From positions 4,497 to 68,496 of the forward strand of contig JAZQFQ010000020.1 in assembly GCA_045539595.1 (NCBI GenBank): 64,000 nucleotides of DNA, in the 5' to 3' direction. Source of the stretch: Eubacteriales bacterium (GTDB taxonomy: Bacteria; Bacillota; Clostridia; Oscillospirales; CAG-272). Made by a program: the position numbers and the translations under genes. Shown piece after piece: positions 9,202 to 17,833 of this stretch (positions are counted from its first letter, which is position 1; each line of letters opens with the position of its first letter). The notes under the pieces are model-generated. The model had not been told where the DNA came from, searched no databases, and worked only from the letters and a program-made list of their open reading frames with translations.

Positions 9202-12200
9202 ATGAAAATGATAGAAAAGAATCACAGCATACTTCGCATCGGAAAAACCGGAGAGAACGCGTTCCGCACGTTTTCCTTTGATGTGAGCGATTGGGTGGCG
9301 GAGTATCCCCGGGGGGAGATCACCGGCGTCTATCGCCGGCCGGATGATGCTGTATATCCGGTGAAAATCCATGTAAAAAAAGGCACAGCCCACTGGACCG
9401 TCACCGCCACGGATTTGGCCATCGCCGGCAGCGGGGAAATGGAATTGCGGATCACAGACGGTGACGTGATCGGAAAATCCATGCGCTTCCCGTGTATCGT
9501 CAGCGAAGCCCTGTGCGCGGGCGAGGAACCGCCGGCTCCGGCCAGGGACTGGATCACGGAAGTCATGCACGATGCCCGAGAAGCTGCCGAGGCGGCCACC
9601 ATGGCAAAAAACGAGCTGACAGCGGCAGCAGAACGGGGAGATTTTGACGGTGATGCCGGTCCCCAAGGCCCACAGGGACCGAAGGGCGATAAGGGTGACA
9701 AAGGCGATCCGGGAGAGGACGGCAAAAACGGCAAGGATTACATCTTAACCGACGAAGACAAATCCGAGATTGCCGCCGCGGCGGCGGATTTGGTGGAGGT
9801 GCCGGCCTCGCCGAAGGATTACGGCGCTATCGGATTGGGCGCAACGGATGACACGGCGGCATTCAAGCAGGCGCTGGCGGAAAACCGCATCGTACGCGTT
9901 CCCGGCGGCCGATACGTGCTCTCGGACACGCTGGTGGTGCGGGAAAACTGCTGTCTGGAACTGTCCCAGGACACGGTGCTGGAGTTTGTGAGTGAGGAAA
10001 AGAACGCCATCACGCTGCTCCGCGCGGCCCATCTGAAGGGCAACCACGCGACGATCACTGTGCCGTACACCTTCTCGGCGAACGTAATCCACTGCGACAC
10101 GGGAGAGGATGAAGCGGCGCTGGGTGTTGATGCCACAGACGATGAGGCTATGAAAGCCGCCAACAACACCGCCGTTCCGCCGTTTGTCAAGTGGGATCCC
10201 CAGTGGAAGATGACCCGCTATGTGACGGATGTGAACATCTGCAAGCCGGACGACCGGGGATTCCACTATTCCAAGGACGGCGACTGCTTCGGCACGGCGA
10301 TCTATCTCCATTGCGATGCGGCGGATTACGTATCCTACATGTGGGGCGTGAGCATGAGCGGTGTCCGCATTGCGGGCGGATTTGCATACGGTATCCGAGC
10401 CCACAACATCGGGGACGCATGGAATCACGATATGCGGATCGAGGCGTTGATCGACGCCTGCAAGGTGGGCGTGTCCATGGAAAACTGCCACTATGCCCGA
10501 CTGGCCGTCACCATTCAGCCGCGGCGGGCCTACAGCGATTCCGAGGTATACAAGCCCTATGCGGAGCACGGCATCCTGCTCAAAGACTGCCGGGGCATCG
10601 ATCTGTCCGGCTCCCGCGTATGGGACTGGAACGCTGAAACCACCCTGTGGGCGGAGGGCAACTACTATCAGCACATCGCCCTGCTGGGCGAGTGCCGCGG
10701 ATTGATTCTGGATGACTTTTTGTACCACGAGCAGCCGTCCATCGACATCCGCCGCCTGATCTACACCGACACGCCCAGCAATCTGGAGAACATGACGATC
10801 CTGCAGGAGCCCATTGACCGATGGTTTAAGACCAAAAACGGGGAGGCGTACTTCCACGACGGATACCGTGACCGCAAGCTGGTTTCCCAGGAGGAAATGG
10901 ATGCCCACTTCGGCACGGATTTTGTGAAGGGCTTCACCGATGTGCTGGCAAGTGCGGAGGACACGGACGGCACGATCCTGAACGGAGTGGGATACAAGAT
11001 CGGCGCGCGCCTGCACGAAAGCGGCACGGTGACCGAATCCCCCTATTACGGATACACGGGATTCATCCCCTGTGCGAAGGGCTCCACCATTTACGCCCAG
11101 GATCTGACGTTTGATGTGGGCGATCAATTCTGTAAGGTGATCTTCTACGATGCGGACAAGAACTTTGTGCGGCACATCAACCGAAGCAACATCGTGGGCG
11201 GAAGCCAGTATTACACCGCCTACCGATCCACCGAGGGCGGCTTTGCGCTTACCGTCAACAGCATATCCGACAACAACGATGTGGCCTATGCCCGCTTCAC
11301 CTTCTACAAAACCGCCTTTGGTGAGAATCCCATGATGGCGGTGGATGAGGAAATCCAGTACACCGTGGAGGGATACCTGGCCGACAATGTGAAAGTGAAG
11401 GCAAAGAACGTCATCGGACTGCCCGATGGCGGAAGCGGAGCCCAATCCGATTGGAGTGCCGCGGAGGGCGAGCCGGGGCATGTATTGAGCCGCACCCACT
11501 ACGAGGATGCGGACGGAACGGTACACAAGCTGGACAACAAATTCATCGATGCGGAATGGATGGCGACCATGGTGGCGGAGGGCGAGGAGGAGGAAATCCT
11601 GCCCGAGCGCACCATCTCTTTCACATCGAAGGCCGCCATGGTGGCGGGCGATTCCTACAAGCTGCTGGAGGGCAGCCGATACACCGTGTACTGGAACGGG
11701 ACAGCCTACGCCTGCACGGCAGCTCTGGCATCCAGCGGCGACATGGTGCTGGGCAATGGGTACTATCACATGACCACCATGCAGAACACCGGCGAGCCGT
11801 TCTGCTTCACGGAAAGCGGCGGCAGCGGATATGTGAAAAAGAGTACCGCCACCGCCGAAACCTTTACGGTGCGGATCGTGAAGCTTCCCGATCTGGTGCC
11901 GAACAAGCTTCCCGCTGAGTTTTTGCCGGATGGTATCGGCGGCAATGCCAACATCGACGTAACCGCAGAAGTAGGACAGACCATCGTGGTGAAAGCCGTG
12001 GACGAAAACGGCAAACCGACGGCATGGGAGAGCGCAGACTATCAGGAAAGAACGCATTGGACATTTTCCGGCGGCGGGCTTGTCCTTGACGGTCAGACGG
12101 TCACTTTCGGAAGTGATGGAATGGGTGCGATTTCGGGCACGTTGGACATTGAAGCGGGAAAAACGTATACCGTAATATGGGACGGCGCGGAGTATATCTG

Positions 12201-12768
12201 CGATTGCAAGACCGTCTATTACAGCGGAATGGCTGTTGTTTACATCGGTAATCCTGCTGTTGTGGGACTGGATAACAACGGTTTGCCGTTTGTAATCGGT
12301 AAGGTATTGGCAAATGGTTATACAATGGCCGCTTGCTTGCAGCCGAACACAACGCATTCGGTGGGTATTCTTTCGGCAACTGTCAACAAAATCCCTGAGA
12401 GGTATATGGGTGACAATGAATTTGTCCTTCACTTTGAGGGCGATCCCGACTCGGACGGTGGTTTATCCCTTAAAGAAACGGCGGATGAAATCGTGGCGGC
12501 TATCGAATCTGGAAAAAGATTACGCGGCGAACTTTATAGCCTGAATGGGGGCGAAAACCGTGCAACCATGAGTGATTGTACCTGTTTTACCCTGCCTGCC
12601 GAAGGTGCTGTAATTATCACGCTTTCTATCGGTACTTTGCAGTGGAGAGGATACTCATTCGCCATTGACATTGGACTCTCAAAAGCCCCAGACGGGACAT
12701 GCCTCATAACGGATCTTTCAACAGCCCGCTTTGAGAATGCGAGATGGTATGATCACATGACAACCTGA
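9202..12768 (+). CDS. Phage tail-fibre / receptor-binding protein with collagen-like stalk and pectate-lyase-3 (beta-helix) depolymerase-like domain, 1188 aa
   Basis: Start at MKMIEKNHSILRIGKTGENAFRTFSFDV (ATG 9202) inside track ORF 9040..12768. The N-terminus resembles BppU-type baseplate/fibre anchors. Also 10 Gly-X-Y triplets, DYGAIGLGATDDTAAFKQALAENRIVRVPGGRYV typical of pectate_lyase_3, and repeated C-terminal modules. No signal peptide. Confidence 0.75.
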   Translation: MKMIEKNHSILRIGKTGENAFRTFSFDVSDWVAEYPRGEITGVYRRPDDAVYPVKIHVKKGTAHWTVTATDLAIAGSGEMELRITDGDVIGKSMRFPCIVSEALCAGEEPPAPARDWITEVMHDAREAAEAATMAKNELTAAAERGDFDGDAGPQGPQGPKGDKGDKGDPGEDGKNGKDYILTDEDKSEIAAAAADLVEVPASPKDYGAIGLGATDDTAAFKQALAENRIVRVPGGRYVLSDTLVVRENCCLELSQDTVLEFVSEEKNAITLLRAAHLKGNHATITVPYTFSANVIHCDTGEDEAALGVDATDDEAMKAANNTAVPPFVKWDPQWKMTRYVTDVNICKPDDRGFHYSKDGDCFGTAIYLHCDAADYVSYMWGVSMSGVRIAGGFAYGIRAHNIGDAWNHDMRIEALIDACKVGVSMENCHYARLAVTIQPRRAYSDSEVYKPYAEHGILLKDCRGIDLSGSRVWDWNAETTLWAEGNYYQHIALLGECRGLILDDFLYHEQPSIDIRRLIYTDTPSNLENMTILQEPIDRWFKTKNGEAYFHDGYRDRKLVSQEEMDAHFGTDFVKGFTDVLASAEDTDGTILNGVGYKIGARLHESGTVTESPYYGYTGFIPCAKGSTIYAQDLTFDVGDQFCKVIFYDADKNFVRHINRSNIVGGSQYYTAYRSTEGGFALTVNSISDNNDVAYARFTFYKTAFGENPMMAVDEEIQYTVEGYLADNVKVKAKNVIGLPDGGSGAQSDWSAAEGEPGHVLSRTHYEDADGTVHKLDNKFIDAEWMATMVAEGEEEEILPERTISFTSKAAMVAGDSYKLLEGSRYTVYWNGTAYACTAALASSGDMVLGNGYYHMTTMQNTGEPFCFTESGGSGYVKKSTATAETFTVRIVKLPDLVPNKLPAEFLPDGIGGNANIDVTAEVGQTIVVKAVDENGKPTAWESADYQERTHWTFSGGGLVLDGQTVTFGSDGMGAISGTLDIEAGKTYTVIWDGAEYICDCKTVYYSGMAVVYIGNPAVVGLDNNGLPFVIGKVLANGYTMAACLQPNTTHSVGILSATVNKIPERYMGDNEFVLHFEGDPDSDGGLSLKETADEIVAAIESGKRLRGELYSLNGGENRATMSDCTCFTLPAEGAVIITLSIGTLQWRGYSFAIDIGLSKAPDGTCLITDLSTARFENARWYDHMTT
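9649..9738 (+). repeat. Collagen-like Gly-X-Y x10 coding repeat
   Basis: GDA GPQ GPQ GPK GDK GDK GDP GED GKN GKD, in frame with the fibre gene. Confidence 0.95.
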
Positions 12769-12798
12769 CGAACGCAGAGCCATCGAAAGGAGCAACAC

Positions 12799-13128
12799 AT
12801 GAATGAAATCGCATCAAAAATCCTCAGCGTGATTCTGTCGGCGGTGGCGTCGGGTGCCATCTCCGGCGTGGCGGTGTGGCTGAGGATGCGCAAAAAGAAG
12901 GACAGCGCCGTGGCGGACGGAGTGCAGTGCCTTCTCCGAGAGAAGATCATCGAAAAGCACGCCAAGTACGTGGAGGAAAAGCACTACTGCCCCATCTACG
13001 CCAAGGAATCCATCCGCAAGGCATACGCCGCCTATCACGCTCTGGGCGGCAATGACGTGGCCACGTCGCTGTATAAGGAAATGATGGCCCTCCACACGGA
13101 GCCGCCGGAGAAGGAGGAGAGTGCATGA
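12799..13128 (+). CDS. Phage-associated membrane-anchored protein (N-terminal TM helix plus soluble domain), function unknown
   Basis: AAAGGAG RBS. TM segment ILSVILSAVASGAISGVAVWL followed by RMRKKK. Its stop overlaps the next start (ATGA at 13125-13128). Confidence 0.65.
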   Translation: MNEIASKILSVILSAVASGAISGVAVWLRMRKKKDSAVADGVQCLLREKIIEKHAKYVEEKHYCPIYAKESIRKAYAAYHALGGNDVATSLYKEMMALHTEPPEKEESA

Positions 13129-13766
13129 ACATTACATCCGTATTGCCCATTCTGACGGAGGGGACAACCCTGCACGTCACCTCTCCCTTCGGATGGCGCA
13201 CCGATCCCGTGACGGGGGAGGGCGGCCAGGGGCACAAGGGCATCGACGTGACGCTGTGGCGGGGGTGGAGTGCCTTGTCCGGCATCGGTGCCGCCTGGGA
13301 TGGTGTGGTGATCGGTGTCCGGGACGGAGTGGAGGGATTCGACAAAAACCGCTCCGCCGGCAACCGGGTGACCATCGATCACGGGGACGGGGTGGTGACC
13401 AAATATTTCCACCTGGCAAACGGAAGTATTCCGGTGCAGCTGGGCGATCACGTCACCGCCGGGCAGATGATCGGACAAATGGGATCCACCGGGTATTCTA
13501 CCGGGGCGCACCTGCATTTCCAGTTGGAGATCGGCGGCGAACCCGTGGATCCTCTGCCGTTCCTTCTCGGGGAGGAGGGCGTCCCGGAGCAGCCCACCGA
13601 CGACATGGACAACACCCCCGCCGCCTGGGCGGAGGAGGCGGTGTCCTGGGCGGTGGAAAACGGGATCCTGTACGGGGACGAGCACGGCAACTACCGGCTC
13701 CACGAAAACTGCACCCGGGAGATGATGCTGGTGTTCCTCTACCGGGCGGTGGGAGGCGGCGCATGA
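13125..13766 (+). CDS. M23 (LytM-type) peptidoglycan endopeptidase endolysin with one C-terminal SLH-like module
   Basis: HxxxD motif HKGID and HxH motif GAHLHFQ. C-terminal AAWAEEAVSWAVENGILYGDEHGNYRLHENCTREMMLVFLYRA matches the S-layer-homology consensus. AAGGAGGAGA RBS. Confidence 0.85.
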   Translation: MNITSVLPILTEGTTLHVTSPFGWRTDPVTGEGGQGHKGIDVTLWRGWSALSGIGAAWDGVVIGVRDGVEGFDKNRSAGNRVTIDHGDGVVTKYFHLANGSIPVQLGDHVTAGQMIGQMGSTGYSTGAHLHFQLEIGGEPVDPLPFLLGEEGVPEQPTDDMDNTPAAWAEEAVSWAVENGILYGDEHGNYRLHENCTREMMLVFLYRAVGGGA

Positions 13767-14023
13767 AGAAGATGGAGTTTTCCAAGATCATCGTGGCCGC
13801 CACGATCCTGCTGGTATATCCGGCGGTGATCCTGCTGTCCTGGCGGGTGATCGAGTTGGCGGAGATGGCCGTTACCCTGAAATTCACGGGTGCGCTGCCG
13901 TACCTGACCGCCATTATCACCCCCGCCTGGGCGGCCTTCGCCACCATCCTTGGCTTCTATTTCAACAAGGCCAAGGGCGAGAACAAAGAGAAGATCCGCA
14001 AATCGGGAAAAATTGATTATTAA
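13763..14023 (+). CDS. Holin (two TM helices, basic C-terminal tail), 86 aa
   Basis: ATGA overlap with the endolysin stop. MKKMEFSKIIVAATILLVYPAVILLSW ... LPYLTAIITPAWAAFATILGFYF, then KAKGENKEKIRKSGK. It is the C-terminal part of spurious track ORF 13121..14023. Confidence 0.7.
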   Translation: MKKMEFSKIIVAATILLVYPAVILLSWRVIELAEMAVTLKFTGALPYLTAIITPAWAAFATILGFYFNKAKGENKEKIRKSGKIDY

Positions 14024-14036
14024 GAAAGAGGTACAT

Positions 14037-14327
14037 ATGGAAAGGCTGAAACAGAAACTGTCCTCCCGCAAGCTGTGGGCGGCCATCATCGCGGTGATCG
14101 TGGTGCTGGCGGTCACAATCCTGGGGGAGGAATTGACCCCCGAAACCGTCGCCACGCTGGAATGCGTGGTGGGCGCCGCCATGGCCTACATCTTCGGCGA
14201 GGGCGCCGTGGATGTGGCCCGCGTCATCGCCGAGGCGGTGAAGAAAGCGTATGCGGCGGCGTATGAGGTGGTCGGGGAGGACACCGAAACGGGCGAGGAA
14301 GACTGGCTTTTGTATAAAAAAGAATAA
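14037..14327 (+). CDS. Small two-TM membrane protein with acidic tail (second holin/antiholin-like)
   Basis: Internal ATG of track ORF 13950..14327, preceded by AAGAGG. TM segments LWAAIIAVIVVLAVTILG and VVGAAMAYIFGEGAV. Last gene before the terminator. Confidence 0.6.
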   Translation: MERLKQKLSSRKLWAAIIAVIVVLAVTILGEELTPETVATLECVVGAAMAYIFGEGAVDVARVIAEAVKKAYAAAYEVVGEDTETGEEDWLLYKKE

Positions 14328-14334
14328 CGACACC

Positions 14335-14376
14335 GGGCGGGAGGGCAATATTGCCCTGCCGCTTGCTTCCTTTTTT
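14335..14376 (+). terminator. Probable terminator of the fibre-lysis unit
   Basis: Imperfect stem around the palindrome GGGCAATATTGCCC (14343-14356), extended by GCGG/CCGC. A T6 run at 14371-14376 is somewhat distal. Confidence 0.5.
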
Positions 14377-14386
14377 ATAAAATACC

Positions 14387-14415
14387 TTGACAAAAACCAC
14401 GCTCTGTGCTACAAT
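14387..14415 (+). promoter_or_regulatory. Consensus SigA promoter of ileS
   Basis: TTGACA 14387-14392, 17 nt, TACAAT 14410-14415. Confidence 0.8.
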
Positions 14416-14419
14416 TTCC

Positions 14420-14652
14420 TTGTCTATAAAGGCGCAGAGGAAGAGAGTACGTGCGGCGCAAAAAAGGCACAGCGAGTCGGGGGCGGTGAAAGCCCGGCAT
14501 CTTTTTTCGCACGGAAGATCACTTCGGAGCCGCAGGGGTGAAAGCAGTAGCTCCTGCCGGATACCGTCCGTTACCACGGTCGCATATGTTCGTATGCAGG
14601 TGGTATAGCGAAGCGCGCCTTCGTCCTGTGGGACGGGGGATTTTTATTTTTC
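14420..14652 (+). promoter_or_regulatory. T-box riboswitch leader, isoleucine specifier (AUC)
   Basis: Conserved elements in order:
- AGAGAGTA (AGTA-I region).
- AGCGA bulge.
- GGTGAAAG distal loop.
- Specifier context GAAG-AUC-A-CUUCGG, with AUC at 14518-14520 followed by A.
- F-box CCGTTA at 14568-14573.
- T-box core AGGTGGTATAGCG at 14598-14610.
- Terminator CCUUCGUCC/GGACGGGGG (14618-14639) followed by a U-run. Confidence 0.85.
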
Positions 14653-14676
14653 GATTATTATTGTAAGGAGTGCGTT

Positions 14677-17600
14677 ATGTACAAGAAAGTCCCAACGAAT
14701 CTGGATTTCGTAAGCCGTGAACAAGAAACCCTTGCGTTCTGGAACGAAAATCACATTTTCGAGAAGTCCCTGGAGCACCGCAAGGGCGGCCGGGGTTACA
14801 CATTCTATGACGGTCCTCCCACCGCCAACGGCAAGCCCCACATCGGTCACGTGCTGACCCGTGTCACCAAGGACATGATTCCCCGCTACCGCTGCATGAA
14901 GGGTTACGATGTGCCCCGCAAGGCGGGCTGGGACACCCACGGTCTGCCGGTAGAGCTGGAAGTGGAGAAGCTTCTTGGCCTGGACGGCAAGGAGCAGATC
15001 GAAACCTACGGTATCGATCCCTTCATCACCAAGTGTAAGGAGAGCGTCTGGAAATACAAGGGCATGTGGGAGGATTTCTCCGGCACCGTCGGTTTCTGGG
15101 CGGATATGGATCATCCCTATGTTACCTATCACAACGACTATATTGAATCCGAGTGGTGGGCACTGAAGAAGATCTGGGAGAAGGATCTGCTCTATAAGGG
15201 CTTCAAGATCGTTCCCTACTGCCCCCGCTGCGGAACCCCTCTGTCCACTCACGAGGTGGCCCAGGGCTACAAGGCGGTCAAGGAGCGCTCTGCCATCGCC
15301 CGCTTCAAGGTAAAGGAGGAGGACGCCTACATCCTGGCATGGACAACCACTCCCTGGACTCTTCCCTCAAACGTTGCTCTCTGCGTAAATCCCGACGAGA
15401 TCTACGTGAAGGTAAAGGCCGCCGACGGCTACACCTACTATCTGGCTAAGGCACTGGCGGATACCGTTCTCGGTTCTTTGAAAACCGAGGATACCCCCGC
15501 TTACGAGATCCTCGCTGAGTACAAGGGTACCGATCTGGAATACAAGGAATATGAGCCTTTGTTCGAGTGCGCTATCCCCGTTTGCGAGAAGCAGCACAAG
15601 AAGGCGCACTATGTGACCTGCGACAACTACGTTACCATGTCCGACGGTACCGGTGTGGTTCACATCGCGCCCGCCTTCGGTGCGGATGACGCCAATGTGG
15701 GCCGCAAATACGATCTGCCCTTCGTGCAGTTCGTGGACGCCAAGGGTGACATGACCGAGGAGACTCCCTTCGCCGGCGTATTTGTCAAGAAGGCGGATCC
15801 TATGGTGCTCACCGATCTGGACAAGCGCGGTCTGCTCTTCGACGCGCCCAAGTTCGAGCATGAGTATCCCTTCTGCTGGCGCTGTGACACTCCCCTGATC
15901 TACTACGCAAGAGAATCCTGGTTCATCAAGATGACCGCGGTTCGTGAGGATCTGATCCGCAACAACAACACCATCAACTGGATCCCCGAATCCATCGGCA
16001 AGGGCCGCTTCGGCGACTGGCTGGAGAATGTACAGGATTGGGGTATCAGCCGTAACCGCTATTGGGGCACGCCTCTGAACATCTGGGAATGCTCCTGCGG
16101 TCACCGCCACGCCATCGGCTCCATCGCCGAACTCAAGGAAATGGCCATCGAGTGCCCGGAGGAGATCGAACTCCACCGCCCCTACGTGGATGCCGTAAAA
16201 CTGAAGTGTCCCGAGTGCGGCGGCGAGATGACGCGCGTGCCCGAGGTCATCGACTGCTGGTTCGACTCCGGTGCCATGCCCTTCGCACAGCATCACTATC
16301 CCTTTGAAAATCACGAGGCATTTGAGGCACAGTTCCCCGCCGACTTCATCTCCGAGGCAGTGGACCAGACCCGCGGTTGGTTCTATTCCCTGCTCGCCAT
16401 CTCTACCCTGCTCTTCAACCGTGCGCCCTTCAAGAACGTCATCGTTCTCGGCCACGTGCAGGATGAAAACGGACAGAAGATGTCCAAGTCCAAGGGCAAC
16501 GCGGTGGATCCCTTCGATGCTCTTTCCACCTACGGTGCCGACGCGATCCGCTGGTACTTCTACACCAACTCCGCGCCCTGGCTGCCCAACCGCTTCTACG
16601 GCAAGGCCGTGGTGGAAGGTCAGCGCAAGTTCATGGGCACTTTGTGGAACACCTACGCGTTCTGGGTACTGTACGCGGACATCGATTCCTTCGATCCCAC
16701 CAAGTACAACCTGAAGGACTGCGCCCTGACCGTGATGGATCGCTTCATTCTGTCCCGTCTGAACACCACCGTGGCGGAGACCGACGATCATCTGGCGAAC
16801 TACCGTATCCCCGAGGCAGCCAAGTCTCTCTCCACCTTCGTGGATGAGCTGTCCAACTGGTATGTGCGCCGCTGCCGTGAGCGTTTCTGGGGCAAGGATA
16901 TGACGGAGGACAAGATTGCCGCGTTCATGACGCTGTACACCTGTCTGGTCACCATCGCCAAGGCATCCGCCCCCATGATCCCCTTCATGGCCGAGGATAT
17001 CTATCAGAATCTGGTGCGCACCGTGGACGTAAATGCTCCCGAGAGCATCCATCTGTGCGATTATCCCGAATCTGACGCTTCCTACATCGACCGCCAGCTG
17101 GAGACCGACATGGACTTCGTTCTGCGTGTGGTTGTTCTGGGCCGCAGCGCCCGCAACGGCTCCAACATCAAGAACCGTCAGCCTCTGTCCGATATGTACG
17201 TGAAGTGCGAGCGGGAGATCAGCGACTATTATCGCCAGATCGTTGAGGAAGAATTGAACATCAAGCACGTGGAATTTGTGGCCGATGTATCCCCCTTCTC
17301 CTCTTACAGCTTCAAGCCCCAGCTGAAGACCGTAGGTCCCAAGTACGGCAAGCTGCTGGGCAAGATCCGCACCGCTCTTACCGAATTGGACGGCAACGCC
17401 GCCAAAGCCGAGTTGGATGCAAACGGCTCCCTGAAGTTTGACTTCGACGGGGAGGAAGTGATCCTCACCGAAGCGGATCTGCTCATCGAGATCCAGCAGA
17501 AGGAAGGCTACTTCTCCGCCGCAGAGCGTGACATCGTGATTGCTTTGAACACCACCCTGACGGATGCGCTGATTGAGGAAGGTTTCGTAAGAGAGATCAT

Positions 17601-17820
17601 CTCCAAGATCCAGACCATGCGTAAGGATGCGGACTTCAACGTAACCGATCACATCCGCGTAGGCATCACGGGAAGCGAAAAGCTTCTGGCCATCGCCGCG
17701 CGTGGCCGTGATGAGATCGCCGGTGCGGTTCTGGCCGATGCATTCGATTGCACCGACGGCATCGCCAAGGATTGGAATATCAACGGCGAGGACGTAACCA
17801 TCACCGTAGCGAAGATCTGA
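14677..17820 (+). CDS. ileS: Isoleucine--tRNA ligase, type 2 (IleRS2-like)
   Basis: 1047 aa. YTFYDGPPTANGKPHIGH (HIGH region), KMSKSKGN, and no C-terminal CxxC zinc-finger tail. AAGGAG RBS. Confidence 0.95.
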   Translation: MYKKVPTNLDFVSREQETLAFWNENHIFEKSLEHRKGGRGYTFYDGPPTANGKPHIGHVLTRVTKDMIPRYRCMKGYDVPRKAGWDTHGLPVELEVEKLLGLDGKEQIETYGIDPFITKCKESVWKYKGMWEDFSGTVGFWADMDHPYVTYHNDYIESEWWALKKIWEKDLLYKGFKIVPYCPRCGTPLSTHEVAQGYKAVKERSAIARFKVKEEDAYILAWTTTPWTLPSNVALCVNPDEIYVKVKAADGYTYYLAKALADTVLGSLKTEDTPAYEILAEYKGTDLEYKEYEPLFECAIPVCEKQHKKAHYVTCDNYVTMSDGTGVVHIAPAFGADDANVGRKYDLPFVQFVDAKGDMTEETPFAGVFVKKADPMVLTDLDKRGLLFDAPKFEHEYPFCWRCDTPLIYYARESWFIKMTAVREDLIRNNNTINWIPESIGKGRFGDWLENVQDWGISRNRYWGTPLNIWECSCGHRHAIGSIAELKEMAIECPEEIELHRPYVDAVKLKCPECGGEMTRVPEVIDCWFDSGAMPFAQHHYPFENHEAFEAQFPADFISEAVDQTRGWFYSLLAISTLLFNRAPFKNVIVLGHVQDENGQKMSKSKGNAVDPFDALSTYGADAIRWYFYTNSAPWLPNRFYGKAVVEGQRKFMGTLWNTYAFWVLYADIDSFDPTKYNLKDCALTVMDRFILSRLNTTVAETDDHLANYRIPEAAKSLSTFVDELSNWYVRRCRERFWGKDMTEDKIAAFMTLYTCLVTIAKASAPMIPFMAEDIYQNLVRTVDVNAPESIHLCDYPESDASYIDRQLETDMDFVLRVVVLGRSARNGSNIKNRQPLSDMYVKCEREISDYYRQIVEEELNIKHVEFVADVSPFSSYSFKPQLKTVGPKYGKLLGKIRTALTELDGNAAKAELDANGSLKFDFDGEEVILTEADLLIEIQQKEGYFSAAERDIVIALNTTLTDALIEEGFVREIISKIQTMRKDADFNVTDHIRVGITGSEKLLAIAARGRDEIAGAVLADAFDCTDGIAKDWNINGEDVTITVAKI

Positions 17821-17833
17821 GAATAACAAAAGA

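Larger units (their letters stand above)
8381..14376. mobile_element. Phage-derived block (repressor, fibre, lysis cassette): prophage remnant or domesticated module
   Basis: The gene content is phage-typical, but no capsid, portal, terminase, tail tube, tape measure, integrase or replication genes occur here or elsewhere in the window. The flanks are housekeeping (ABC operon, ileS). Confidence 0.6.

Noticed and set aside
13121-14023. 300-aa plus-strand ORF overlapping the endolysin
   Set aside because: The first ~214 codons are an Arg/Gly-rich alternative frame of the M23 endolysin gene. Only the last 86 codons, from ATG 13763 (ATGA-coupled to the endolysin stop), form a sensible two-TM holin.
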